Below, piece after piece: positions 36,486-45,633 of a stretch of 64,000 nucleotides of DNA. Both the position numbers and the translations under genes were made by a program. This stretch comes from Flavobacteriales bacterium. GTDB lineage: Bacteria > Bacteroidota > Bacteroidia > Flavobacteriales_F > PHOS-HE28. The first letter of the stretch is position 1, and each line of letters opens with the position of its first letter. Where the stretch lies: contig JAGFIV010000094.1 in NCBI GenBank assembly GCA_024103275.1, forward strand, positions 1,508 to 65,507, in the 5' to 3' direction. The notes beneath the pieces are model-generated. The model saw only the letters and a program-made list of their open reading frames with translations, was not told where the DNA came from and ran no database searches.

Positions 36486-37826
36486 ATGGGTAAGATCCAA
36501 TTGATCATCTGGCGCGAGTTCATCACCCGCGTACGCAAGCCGAGCTTCCTCATCATGACCATCCTCGGCCCCTTGCTGATGGTGGGCGGCATCGCGCTGG
36601 TCGTCTTCCTGGGCATGCAGGAGGGAGGCATCCAGAACATCGTGGTGGTGGACAAGGCGCAGTTATTGACGAACAAGCTGAAGGAGACCGATGACCTGAA
36701 GTTCTTCTACGAAAAGACCGAACTCTCGGACTCCGCCTTCAAGGCCAGCCCCTACACCGTGATGGTGGATGTGAACCCGCTGGTATTGGAGAACAACACC
36801 ATCCAGGTCTTCTACAAGAACCTGCCGAGCTTGAACACGCAGAACCACATCACCTCGCAGATCGAGTCCGTGCTGGAGCGGGAGAAGCTGCGCGTGAACA
36901 ACGTGGACCCGGACACCTACCGCCGGATCAAGACGGCACTGAAGGTGCAGCTGTTCGACATCGACAAGCAGGGCAAGCGCTCCTATGAGCAGCTCAAGGC
37001 GGGCATCGGCTTCGCATTCGGCTACCTGATCTTCCTGTTCATCTTCCTCTACGGTGTGCAGGTGATGCGCGGGGTGATGGAGGAGAAGCAGAACCGCGTG
37101 GTGGAGGTGCTGATCAGCTCGGTGAAGCCCTTCCAGCTGATGATGGGCAAGATCGTGGGCGTGGCCATGGTGGGCCTGGCGCAATTCCTCCTCTGGGTGG
37201 CCATCTCGCTCATCCTGGGTTCCTTCGGCATGGGCCTGGTGAAGGATTCCATGGGCGGTGCCGCCCTGGCGAAGGACGTACCGCAGGTGACGGCACAGCT
37301 GCAGGAACAGCTGGACAAGCAGGGCGTGAAACTCAACGAGACCGCGGAAACCTCCGAGCAGCTCGGTGTGATGCTGGAGGTTTGGGATGAACTCCCGGTG
37401 ACATGGATCCTGCTGCTCTTCCTTTTCTACTTCCTGGGCGGGTACCTGTTATACAGCTCGCTCTTCGCCGCCATGGGGGCGGCCGTGGACAGCGAGACCG
37501 ACACCCAGCAGTTCATGCTGCCTGTCACCGTGCCCATGATCATCGCCATATTCATTGCCCAGACCGCCGTGTACAATCCCGACGGGCCGGCGGTGTTCTG
37601 GTGCTCGATCATCCCCTTCACCTCACCGGTGGTGATGATGGTGCGTATCGCCACGGGCAATGCCTTCTCCCATCCGGGCGAGTTGGCCTTGAGCATGGCC
37701 CTGCTGATCGGCATGTTCATCTTCACCACCTGGCTGGCCGGCCGCATCTACCGCACCGGCATCCTGATGTACGGCAAGAAGGTGAGCTGGAAGGAACTCG
37801 GCAAGTGGCTCTTCTACAAAGGTTGA
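36486..37826 (+). CDS. ABC-2 type exporter permease (NatB-like)
   Basis: 446 aa. It has an N-terminal transmembrane helix, a large extracytoplasmic loop and a C-terminal bundle of 5-6 transmembrane helices. ggag lies 5 nt upstream of the ATG. Confidence 0.8.
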   Translation: MGKIQLIIWREFITRVRKPSFLIMTILGPLLMVGGIALVVFLGMQEGGIQNIVVVDKAQLLTNKLKETDDLKFFYEKTELSDSAFKASPYTVMVDVNPLVLENNTIQVFYKNLPSLNTQNHITSQIESVLEREKLRVNNVDPDTYRRIKTALKVQLFDIDKQGKRSYEQLKAGIGFAFGYLIFLFIFLYGVQVMRGVMEEKQNRVVEVLISSVKPFQLMMGKIVGVAMVGLAQFLLWVAISLILGSFGMGLVKDSMGGAALAKDVPQVTAQLQEQLDKQGVKLNETAETSEQLGVMLEVWDELPVTWILLLFLFYFLGGYLLYSSLFAAMGAAVDSETDTQQFMLPVTVPMIIAIFIAQTAVYNPDGPAVFWCSIIPFTSPVVMMVRIATGNAFSHPGELALSMALLIGMFIFTTWLAGRIYRTGILMYGKKVSWKELGKWLFYKG

Positions 37827-37844
37827 AACGGGGCCCACGGCGCG

Positions 37845-38045
37845 ATGCAGGACGAAACAAGAAAACGGAAATGGCTTCCCTTCGGGATCGGCTTCGCCCT
37901 GTGCGTCCTTGCCCTGTTCAATTTCACCCTGACCATTGACAGCAAGGGCCACTATTTCGGCAATGGCATCGTTTTCGGGATCGGCCTGAGCATCCTTGTC
38001 CGCCGAGCCATGCAGTTGGCCAAGGCCCGGCGTAAGGATCCCTGA
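37845..38045 (+). CDS. Small two-TM membrane protein, hypothetical
   Basis: 66 aa, ATG start. Two hydrophobic helices: WLPFGIGFALCVLALFNFTL and IVFGIGLSILV. It is tightly packed after the permease. Confidence 0.45.
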   Translation: MQDETRKRKWLPFGIGFALCVLALFNFTLTIDSKGHYFGNGIVFGIGLSILVRRAMQLAKARRKDP

Positions 38046-38196
38046 CCATGCCCGGCCACCGCGCGCGATGCCAGGGATCGAACGGGGTGGGACGGTGGTC
38101 GGCACCGGGCAAGGCCGCTACCGGGAGGGCCCGGCAACCCCGAGGATGCACGTCTGCCTTCGCCCTGCTGCACCCGTGCGGTACCTGGGCCGCCAT

Positions 38197-38204
38197 TAGC
38201 TTTG
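38197..38204 (+). promoter_or_regulatory. -7 promoter box TAGCTTTG upstream of the TonB-dependent receptor
   Basis: A perfect TAnnTTTG, 10 nt upstream of ATG 38215. Confidence 0.4.
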
Positions 38205-38214
38205 GCACCTGCGC

Positions 38215-40197
38215 ATGAATCGCACCGTCCTCGGTGTCTTTGCCTGCGCCATGGCCACCTCCCCGGCCACGGCGCAGGCTCCCGACAGCATCCTCCACCC
38301 CGTGCGGGTCACCGCCACGCGGATCCCCGGCACCCTGCCGCGCGTGGGGCGCAGCCTGCAAGTGGTGGACAGCCTGCTGTTGCATGCCCAGGCCAGGCCT
38401 GAAGTGAGCGAGGTGCTGCGCATGGCCACCTTGGTGGATGTGCGCCAGCGCGGCCCTTTCGACGTGCAGACCGACCTGGGCATCCGTGGCGGCACCTTTG
38501 ACCAGGCCCTGGTGCTGGTGGATGGCATCCCCATGAATGACCTGCAAACCGGCCACCTGGCCCTGGACCTGCCCGTGGATGCCGATGCGCTCGAACGCGT
38601 GGAGGTGCTCTACGGCGGCGCCTCGCGCACGTTCGGCCCAGGTGCCTTCAGCGGGGCCATCAACCTGATCACACGCATACCCGAGGGCAGCCGCGGCGCA
38701 TTCACCCTCGACGGCGGACAGTACGGCTCCTACCGCACACGGTTCTCACAAGACCTGCTGCTGGGGCAGACCGGCATCCGCATCGGCGGGCACCACGGCC
38801 ACAGCGACGGCTACGTGGCCAACAGCGATTTCGACCAATACGGCGCACTGCTGGATGTGAACCATCGCCACAAGGCCATACAAACGAGGGTCCAGGCCGG
38901 GCTGGTGCGCAAACGTTTCGGCGCGCAGAATTTCTATTCATCAGCCTTTCCGCTTCAGCAAGAGGCCACGGGAACCTGCTTTGCAAGCGTGGGTGCCGGG
39001 CACGATAGCCAGCGCTGGAGCTGGCAAACGAAAGCCTACTTCCGCCAACACGACGACCTGTTTGAGCTGTTCCGCGAGGATGATGCCCACTACCGCTACG
39101 CCGGCGGTTACTTCATCCGGAACGGGAATGACACCGCACGCTTGGCCCCTTCGCTTTTCTACACCTTCCACAACAGGCACCGCACCCAAAGTGCAGGCAC
39201 CATGGGCAGCACTTCCCTGCGGTGGAAGGCGGGCACCACGGCCATCGGCGTGCATGGCCGGCAGGACCAGCTATACAGCAACGTGCTGGGCAAGCCCATG
39301 GCCGCACCATTCCGGCCAGCCGGGGGCCGCGAAATGCTGGACCGTGCCGATGACCGGCAAAACCTGGCGCTGCACGCCGACCACCGCTGGGGCGAGGGTG
39401 CCTGGACCGTGGATGCCGGTGTGCTGTTCAACATCAACTCCCGCTTCGCGCCCGAATGGGCCCCGGGCGTGGACGTGGTGTACCGCTGGGCGAATGCCCA
39501 AAGCCTGTTTGCCAGCGTGGGGCGTGCCTTCCGCTTCCCCACCTGGACCGACCTGTACTACAACCGGGGCGGGGCCATCGGCAGCGCCACGCTTCAACCA
39601 GAGCACGCCGACCAAGCGGAACTGGGCTACCGCATCCTGCGCGGGCGCCGGACCCTGAAGTTGGCCGGGTGGCGCCGCCAAGGACGCGACCTGATCGACT
39701 GGGTGCAAATGCCCGGCGAGGCCACCACCCACGCCGCCAACCTTACCGAGGTGGACCTCAATGGCATCGAGGCCGAAGCGGGCCTCCGCACCGGGAGTGG
39801 GCGCGGCGGCCTGCTGTACGCCTACCAATGGGCCGACCAAGGCAGCTTCAACTTCGCCTCATTGTACGTGCTGGACCACCTGACGCACAACGCGGTACTA
39901 TGGTGGAACCAGCGCCTGCCCAAAGGCTTCCGCGTACAAGCCAACCTGGGCTGGAGACAGCGCTACGGTACATACGTCCGCTTGAGCGACGGCGTGTCCA
40001 AGGCCTACCCGGACCCCGTGCGGCTCGACCTGAAGGCCGAATGGGAACGTCGGGGCATCACCCTGTTCGCCAGTGCCTACAACCTCCTGGGGGCCGAACA
40101 GATGGACCGCGGCAACGTTCCCTTGCCGGGCCGCTGGCTGAGCGGCGGATTGCGCGTGGCGTGGGATACAAACGGGAAATCAACCGAAGGAAAATGA
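38215..40197 (+). CDS. TonB-dependent receptor (BtuB-sized, plug plus 22-strand barrel)
   Basis: 660 aa with a signal peptide. The plug motifs are DGIPMNDLQTGH and ERVEVLYGGASRTFGPGAFSGAINLIT. Confidence 0.88.
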   Translation: MNRTVLGVFACAMATSPATAQAPDSILHPVRVTATRIPGTLPRVGRSLQVVDSLLLHAQARPEVSEVLRMATLVDVRQRGPFDVQTDLGIRGGTFDQALVLVDGIPMNDLQTGHLALDLPVDADALERVEVLYGGASRTFGPGAFSGAINLITRIPEGSRGAFTLDGGQYGSYRTRFSQDLLLGQTGIRIGGHHGHSDGYVANSDFDQYGALLDVNHRHKAIQTRVQAGLVRKRFGAQNFYSSAFPLQQEATGTCFASVGAGHDSQRWSWQTKAYFRQHDDLFELFREDDAHYRYAGGYFIRNGNDTARLAPSLFYTFHNRHRTQSAGTMGSTSLRWKAGTTAIGVHGRQDQLYSNVLGKPMAAPFRPAGGREMLDRADDRQNLALHADHRWGEGAWTVDAGVLFNINSRFAPEWAPGVDVVYRWANAQSLFASVGRAFRFPTWTDLYYNRGGAIGSATLQPEHADQAELGYRILRGRRTLKLAGWRRQGRDLIDWVQMPGEATTHAANLTEVDLNGIEAEAGLRTGSGRGGLLYAYQWADQGSFNFASLYVLDHLTHNAVLWWNQRLPKGFRVQANLGWRQRYGTYVRLSDGVSKAYPDPVRLDLKAEWERRGITLFASAYNLLGAEQMDRGNVPLPGRWLSGGLRVAWDTNGKSTEGK

Positions 40198-40219
40198 ACG
40201 CTCCAATACCATCGGCAAC

Positions 40220-41182
40220 ATGCGTGTCGGCGTGATCGACCTGGGGACCAACACCTTCAAGCTGCTGGTGGCCGAGCGGCCCGAAGGGGCGGGCAACGGA
40301 CTGCGGATCATCCACAGCGAAGAGGTCGGTGTCTTCCTGGGCCGCGGCGGCATCGAAAGGAACATGATCGCGGACGAGGCGGCGGCACGGGGCATCGACA
40401 CGCTGCACCGGCTTGTGGCGAAGGCCAAGGAGCTGGGTGCCGCCCAGGTGCGCGGCTTTGGCACATCGGCCTTGCGCAATGCACGCAACGGCACTGAATA
40501 CACGGACCGCATACGGCGGGAACTGGGACTGGAGGTCGCCATCATTCCCGGTGAGGAAGAAGCGGGCCTGATCCTGGACGGTGTGCGCCAGGTGGTGGCA
40601 TTCGGGAGCAGGCCCATGCTGGTGATGGACATCGGCGGGGGCAGCACGGAATTCATCCTGGCAACGGACCGGGCCATGATGTGGAAGCATAGTTTCGAAC
40701 TGGGCACCACGCGGCTGTTGGAGCGCTTCCCGGACATCGACCCGATGGGCCTGCAAACGCAATTGCGCATGGCCGGGCATATCGATAGCCAATTCGAGCT
40801 GCTCTGGTCCGTGGTGGACCGCCATTGGCCCACCACGCTGGTGGGGTCGGCCGGGTCGTTCGACACCATTGCGCGCCTTATCGCCCTCGAGCGTGGGACG
40901 CCATCGGGTCCCGGGGCCTTCGGCAGCACCTTCAGCACGGCCGAATTCGATGCACTGAAGGACAAGGTCTTCGCCCTGGGCCACGACCAACGCGCGGCCA
41001 TGCCGGGCATCCCCGGGCACCGGGTAGACACCATTATCCCTGCGCTGCTGCTGGTGGAACGCGTGCTGCTTCATGGCGTGCAACAGGTCCACTGGAGCAA
41101 ATACTCGCTGAAAGAGGGTGTGGCCGCCCGCTTGCTGCAGGATGCGGCGCATGGCCCTGCCACGGGCGGGACGGCCGTATAA
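40220..41182 (+). CDS. Ppx/GppA-family phosphatase (exopolyphosphatase-like, short form)
   Basis: 320 aa. The ASKHA fold motifs are MRVGVIDLGTNTFKLLV and MDIGGGSTEF. Confidence 0.85.
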   Translation: MRVGVIDLGTNTFKLLVAERPEGAGNGLRIIHSEEVGVFLGRGGIERNMIADEAAARGIDTLHRLVAKAKELGAAQVRGFGTSALRNARNGTEYTDRIRRELGLEVAIIPGEEEAGLILDGVRQVVAFGSRPMLVMDIGGGSTEFILATDRAMMWKHSFELGTTRLLERFPDIDPMGLQTQLRMAGHIDSQFELLWSVVDRHWPTTLVGSAGSFDTIARLIALERGTPSGPGAFGSTFSTAEFDALKDKVFALGHDQRAAMPGIPGHRVDTIIPALLLVERVLLHGVQQVHWSKYSLKEGVAARLLQDAAHGPATGGTAV

Positions 41183-41187
41183 ACAGG

Positions 41188-41214
41188 CAGGGCCGCCCGG
41201 TGCCGGCGGCCCTG
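41188..41214. terminator. Stem-loop between convergent genes (candidate bidirectional terminator)
   Basis: Perfect 10-bp GC stem CAGGGCCGCC/GGCGGCCCTG with a 7-nt loop. It lies between the ppx stop (41182) and the cargo gene stop (41232). Confidence 0.5.
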
Positions 41215-41231
41215 CACAAGGATGCGAACCG

Positions 41232-42095
41232 CTACTGCTTGATGATGGAGCGCACTTGGCGATCGCCGTTTGCGAAAGTCAACCGCACCAAATAACGCCC
41301 TGCCATCAGGTCGGAGAGATCAAGGGTGGCCTGCCCGGCATGTACCGCTTCACTTTGCACGGACCGGCCGGTCATGTCCAACACCTCCACCTGGTCGAAC
41401 GGGCGTTGGGCGGCCACATTGAGCAATCCCCGTGTCGGCGTGGGATAGGCAAGGAAATCCACCATGGCCTGCTCAGCCACATCCGCCGTGCCGCCGAAAC
41501 CGAGGCCGTCCACCTTCACAAAGCTTCCAGCCACCGGGGAGTTGAAGCTGCTGGCGACGGCCACGTACGCCGTATCGGGATTCGCGCCACTGAAGTACTC
41601 GATCGGAACGGTGACCGTGGTCCATGACCCAACGGAACCCATCAGCAGGAGGGCGCCGCCACCTATGCTATCCGCCTGCTGGGTGGCGGTGTTCCATTTC
41701 GTCAAATAGACCATCACGATGCCCGAGTCGCCCTGCTGGATGCCGTATTGGAGCTGGGCGGTGAGGGCACTCGGCCTACCGGTGTATGCGAATCCCGTGT
41801 TCCCCGTGCCTATGTCACCCGTAACAATGATCCCCGGCCAGATGCCGATACCGGTGATGTTGCGGGTCGTCACCGTGGCATAATGGGCACCGATGGCCCC
41901 CGGCGAGCCCTGCTCGCACGAAAGCGCGGAACCCGGTATCATGGCCGGGACCGCATTCAAAGTGATCCAATCCGTCGGATCCTGGTAGGTGCCCATGTCC
42001 GTCCAATTCTCAAATCCCCCGTTGGGGATCTGTGCATAGGCGCCACTGGCCATGCCGATCAGCGCCAATCCTGAAAGAAGTACATGTGTCCGCAT
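41232..42095 (-). CDS. T9SS type A CTD cargo protein, function unknown
   Basis: 287 aa with a signal peptide. The N-terminus contains IPNGGFENWTD. The C-terminus LLNVAAQRPFDQVEVLDMTGRSVQ...LMAGRYLVRLTFANGDRQVRSIIKQ resembles Por_Secre_tail. Confidence 0.75.
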   Translation of the reverse strand: MRTHVLLSGLALIGMASGAYAQIPNGGFENWTDMGTYQDPTDWITLNAVPAMIPGSALSCEQGSPGAIGAHYATVTTRNITGIGIWPGIIVTGDIGTGNTGFAYTGRPSALTAQLQYGIQQGDSGIVMVYLTKWNTATQQADSIGGGALLLMGSVGSWTTVTVPIEYFSGANPDTAYVAVASSFNSPVAGSFVKVDGLGFGGTADVAEQAMVDFLAYPTPTRGLLNVAAQRPFDQVEVLDMTGRSVQSEAVHAGQATLDLSDLMAGRYLVRLTFANGDRQVRSIIKQ

Positions 42096-42170
42096 TGTTT
42101 CGGGTTTTTGGATGCCCGAAATTTTGCGGGATCCAGCCCTGATCGGTGGATTGCAGGCTTTTTTGGGAAA

Positions 42171-43496
42171 TCAACCTGCCGGGTGCATGCCGGGGCGGGC
42201 CCTGAAAAACAGGAACGTACCCGCAATGCCAGCCGTCACCGAGGCCAGGAGGATCCCCAATTTGGCATCCGCGCGCATCCAACCGGCATCGAAGGCCAGC
42301 TCGCTGATGAACAACGCCATGGTGAAGCCCAACCCGGAGATCACCGAGATGGCCAGCATGTGGCCCCATTGCACCCCGGCGCCCAGCTTGCCCCAACCCA
42401 TCTTCACGAACAACCAGCAGGTGGTGAAAATGCCCAGGGGCTTGCCCAGCACAAGGCCCAGGAACACGCCCATGGTAACGGGACTGGCCAAGGCGGACAT
42501 GTCGTGGGGCAGCTCGATACCTGCATTGGCCAAGGCGAACAGTGGCAGCACCAGGAAGGAGACCCAGGGATGCAGGCGGTGCTCCAGCCGCTGCAAGGGG
42601 GTTTCGGCGTTCAGGCTGCACCGCTTCACTTTCTCGATGATATGCGCCTGCTCCACGGTGATGGTCCGGTGCGGGGAATCCTCGGTACGTTCAAACTCAT
42701 CGGCCAGCTCCCGGATCTTCTTCACATAGGTGCGCTCCTTCACCTTGGTGGTGGCCGGAATGGCCATGGCCGCCAGCACGCCGGCCACGGTGGCATGCAC
42801 GCCGGAGAGCATGAAGGCCATCCACACGCCGCCGATGCCCACCACCGCATAGGCGGTCATGTTGCGCACGCCCAGCAGGTTCATCAGCACCAGCACCGCG
42901 AGGAAGGCCGCACCGATGCCCAGGTTGGCCAAGGACAGGTCCGAGGTGTAGAACAGGGCGATCACGGAGACCGAAACGATGTCATCGATGACCGATACGG
43001 TGATGAACAGGGCCTTGATGGCCGGAGGCACCCGTTTGCCCAGCAAGGCCAGCAAGGCCAGCACGAAGGCCGTATCGGTGCCCAGGGTGATGCCCCAACC
43101 CCGGGTGGCCGGCGCTTGGAACTGGTTTACCGCCAGGTAGATCAACGCCGGGGCCAACATGCCGCCCACGCTGGCCGCCACCGGCAGCATGGCCTTCTTG
43201 CGGTCCGTCATGTCACCGGCGATGAACTCCCGTTTCAGTTCCAGTGCCACCAGGAAAAAGAACATGGCCATCAGGCCGTCGTTGATCAGGTGGTGCAGGT
43301 TGAGGCCGAAGTAGAAGTCGTCGACCTGGATGGCGAACGAATGCTCCCAAATGGCCCGGTAGGCCTCGCGCCACGGGGAATTGGCCAGTACCACGGCCAC
43401 GGCGGCGCTGACGAACAGCGCCATCCCGGCGGTGCTGTGCCCCTTGATGAACCGGTCCAGGGGCCTCAACAAACGGTCGATGGGGTCTTGCCGCAT
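42171..43496 (-). CDS. nhaA: Na+/H+ antiporter NhaA
   Basis: Track ORF 42171..43649. Start reset to ATG 43496. The NhaA signature LHHLINDGLMAMFFFLVALELKRE is present. Confidence 0.9.
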   Translation of the reverse strand: MRQDPIDRLLRPLDRFIKGHSTAGMALFVSAAVAVVLANSPWREAYRAIWEHSFAIQVDDFYFGLNLHHLINDGLMAMFFFLVALELKREFIAGDMTDRKKAMLPVAASVGGMLAPALIYLAVNQFQAPATRGWGITLGTDTAFVLALLALLGKRVPPAIKALFITVSVIDDIVSVSVIALFYTSDLSLANLGIGAAFLAVLVLMNLLGVRNMTAYAVVGIGGVWMAFMLSGVHATVAGVLAAMAIPATTKVKERTYVKKIRELADEFERTEDSPHRTITVEQAHIIEKVKRCSLNAETPLQRLEHRLHPWVSFLVLPLFALANAGIELPHDMSALASPVTMGVFLGLVLGKPLGIFTTCWLFVKMGWGKLGAGVQWGHMLAISVISGLGFTMALFISELAFDAGWMRADAKLGILLASVTAGIAGTFLFFRARPGMHPAG

Positions 43497-43507
43497 CCGT
43501 CCGGCCG

Positions 43508-44926
43508 TCAGAACTTGCTGTGTTTCGCCCCGTACCTGAAATAGACCCACATGCCAATGACCAGCCACACGATCAGGCGCAGCCACGTATCCCAGGGCAG
43601 GGCCAACATCATCACCCCGCACACCACGATGCCCAGGATGGGCACCCACGGCACCAGCGGCGTGCGGAAGGCCCGCGGCGCATCGGGCATCTTCCTCCGC
43701 ATCACGATCACCCCGACGCTTACCAGGATAAAGGCCAGCAATGTGCCGATGCTGGTCATTTCGCCCACCACCTTGCCGGGCACGAAGGCGGCGAACAGGC
43801 CCACGAACACCATGAACAGCAGGTTGCTCTTGAACGGGGTGCGGTACTTGGGGTGCACCTCCGAGAACACCTTGGGCAGCAGCCCGTCGTGGCTCATGCT
43901 ATAGAACACGCGGCTCTGCCCCAGCAGCATCACCAGGATCACCGAGGAGAAGCCCGCCAGGATGGCGATGATGATGGCCTGCTGCAGCCATACGTAGGGG
44001 GTGTGCGCAATGGCCGTGGCCACCGGGGCCAGCTTGTCATGGGCGCCCCCGAACTCGGTATAGGGAGCCAGGCCCGTCATCACATGGCCGAACAACACAT
44101 ACAGCACGGTGCAGATGGCCAGCGAGCCCAGGATGCCGATGGGCATGTTGCGGGCAGGGTTCTTGGCCTCCTGGGCGGCCGTGCTCACCGCGTCGAAGCC
44201 GATGTAGGCGAAGAAAATGATGCCCGCCCCCTGCAGCACGCCGCTCCACCCGAAGTGGCCGAAGCTGCCCGTGTTGTCCGGGATGTACGGCACCAGGTTT
44301 TCCGGATTGATGTAGGACCAGCCCAAGGCAATGAAGATGAGCACCACCGCCACCTTGAGGATCACGATGATCTCGTTCACGATGGCGCTTTGCTGGGTGC
44401 CGCGGGCCAGGAGCAGGGACATCACCATCACGATCAGCAGGGCGGGCAGGTTGAGGATGCCTCCTTCAAACGGCCCTGCCGAAAGCGCCAGGGGCAGGTG
44501 CATGTCGTACATCTGCAACAGCTTGTTCAGGTACTGGCTCCAGGAGATGGACACCATAGCGGCCCCGACCGCATACTCCAGCACCAGGTCCCAGCCGATG
44601 ATCCAGGCCCAGATGCGGCCCATGGTGGCGAAGCTGTACGTGTAGGCGCTGCCCGCGATGGGGATCATGCTGGCGAACTCGGCATAGCACAGGCCGGCAA
44701 AGGCGCATCCCACGGCGCTGATGATGAACGACAGGGTGACCGCAGGCCCGGCATGCTCGGCGGCAACCACGCCGGTCAGCGAGAACAAGCCCGCGCCGAT
44801 GATGGCACCGATGCCCAAGGCCACCAGGCTGGGCGCGCCCAAGCGCCGGACCAAGGTGCCTGCTCCCTGGTCCTTTGCCTCGGCCAGCAAAGTGGCCAAT
44901 GGCTTCCGTGAATAATGTCCGCTCAT
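43508..44926 (-). CDS. APC-superfamily amino acid permease (cationic amino acid transporter-like)
   Basis: Track ORF 43508..45280. Start reset to ATG 44926 (MSGHYSRKPLATLLAEAKDQ...). LVALGIGAIIGAGLFSLTG is present, and about 12 transmembrane segments. Confidence 0.88.
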   Translation of the reverse strand: MSGHYSRKPLATLLAEAKDQGAGTLVRRLGAPSLVALGIGAIIGAGLFSLTGVVAAEHAGPAVTLSFIISAVGCAFAGLCYAEFASMIPIAGSAYTYSFATMGRIWAWIIGWDLVLEYAVGAAMVSISWSQYLNKLLQMYDMHLPLALSAGPFEGGILNLPALLIVMVMSLLLARGTQQSAIVNEIIVILKVAVVLIFIALGWSYINPENLVPYIPDNTGSFGHFGWSGVLQGAGIIFFAYIGFDAVSTAAQEAKNPARNMPIGILGSLAICTVLYVLFGHVMTGLAPYTEFGGAHDKLAPVATAIAHTPYVWLQQAIIIAILAGFSSVILVMLLGQSRVFYSMSHDGLLPKVFSEVHPKYRTPFKSNLLFMVFVGLFAAFVPGKVVGEMTSIGTLLAFILVSVGVIVMRRKMPDAPRAFRTPLVPWVPILGIVVCGVMMLALPWDTWLRLIVWLVIGMWVYFRYGAKHSKF

Positions 44927-45115
44927 GCTATCCGGGTTGGCCGCTAAGCTAAACGTTCCGCCATTTTGGGCCCGGCAGATGCATCCGGCCTTCGTCCGGC
45001 CACCCCTGTTAAAATGTGCATTGGTTCCACATCCCCGTTTTGAACGACTGAAGATTTCGGCCGCGAAACGGCACCGGCCGTCGCCGGTGCCATAAAACCA
45101 TCGCACAAACCGGAA

Positions 45116-45439
45116 ATGAAAACGTTGATGATCGCAGCAGCCCTGGGAGCCTCCATGCTGGCGGGCACCGCCGCCATGGCCCAACAACCGCAGACGCCGG
45201 TGCAAAAAACAAAGCCGACCGCGGCACCGATGCCGCAGGCGAAACATCATCTGGCCAAGGCGGATGCCAGGCCGACGCACGCCAAGGCCGGGGATGCGGA
45301 CAAGGCAAAAGAGGCGAAGGGGGCCACGGAGATGAAGGAAGCGAAGGCAACCAAGCCCGGGATGAAGGCATCCGAAAAAAACAAAGCCCTAAGAACGGAG
45401 ACCCCGAGGCCGGAACCACACAAGCCGGCGGCGAAATGA
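45116..45439 (+). CDS. Secreted Lys/Ala/Pro-rich low-complexity protein, hypothetical
   Basis: 107 aa, ATG start. Signal peptide MKTLMIAAALGASMLAGTAAMAQQ. A strong intrinsic terminator lies downstream. Confidence 0.55.
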   Translation: MKTLMIAAALGASMLAGTAAMAQQPQTPVQKTKPTAAPMPQAKHHLAKADARPTHAKAGDADKAKEAKGATEMKEAKATKPGMKASEKNKALRTETPRPEPHKPAAK

Positions 45440-45560
45440 CCGCCGCAAGGGCATCTGGCCGGAGCTACCGGCGAAAGATGCCGGCCAACCTCGGATGATC
45501 GGCGGATGAGGGGTGTGCCCCGGACAAAGGCCCATTGGACCCCACGACATGATGCGACAG

Positions 45561-45582
45561 CCGGCCGGCAACGGCCGGTTTT
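45561..45582 (+). terminator. Rho-independent terminator
   Basis: CCGGCCG-GCAA-CGGCCGG (7-bp GC stem, GNRA-type loop), followed by TTTTCGCTTT. Confidence 0.8.
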
Positions 45583-45633
45583 CGCTTTCCATGGGAGCCG
45601 CGCATCGTGCACCCGGATAATTTCGCACCCTCC

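Noticed and set aside
38046-38214. A possible cobalamin riboswitch upstream of the BtuB-sized TonB-dependent receptor. The partial similarities are AGGGAT, GGGGTGGGA and GCCGCTACCGG, compared with the AGGGAA, GGTG and GCCACTG cores.
   Set aside because: The B12 box is not intact. The matches are weak in GC-rich DNA. A perfect TAGCTTTG -7 box 10 nt from the ATG would place the transcription start downstream of the putative aptamer. cmsearch with RF00174 would settle it.
38200-38217. TGGCAC immediately upstream of the receptor ATG, considered as a sigma-54 -24 element for the nearby orphan activator
   Set aside because: The -12 position reads CATG rather than TTGC, and the element overlaps the start codon. 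It is more simply the tail of the TAGCTTTG box.
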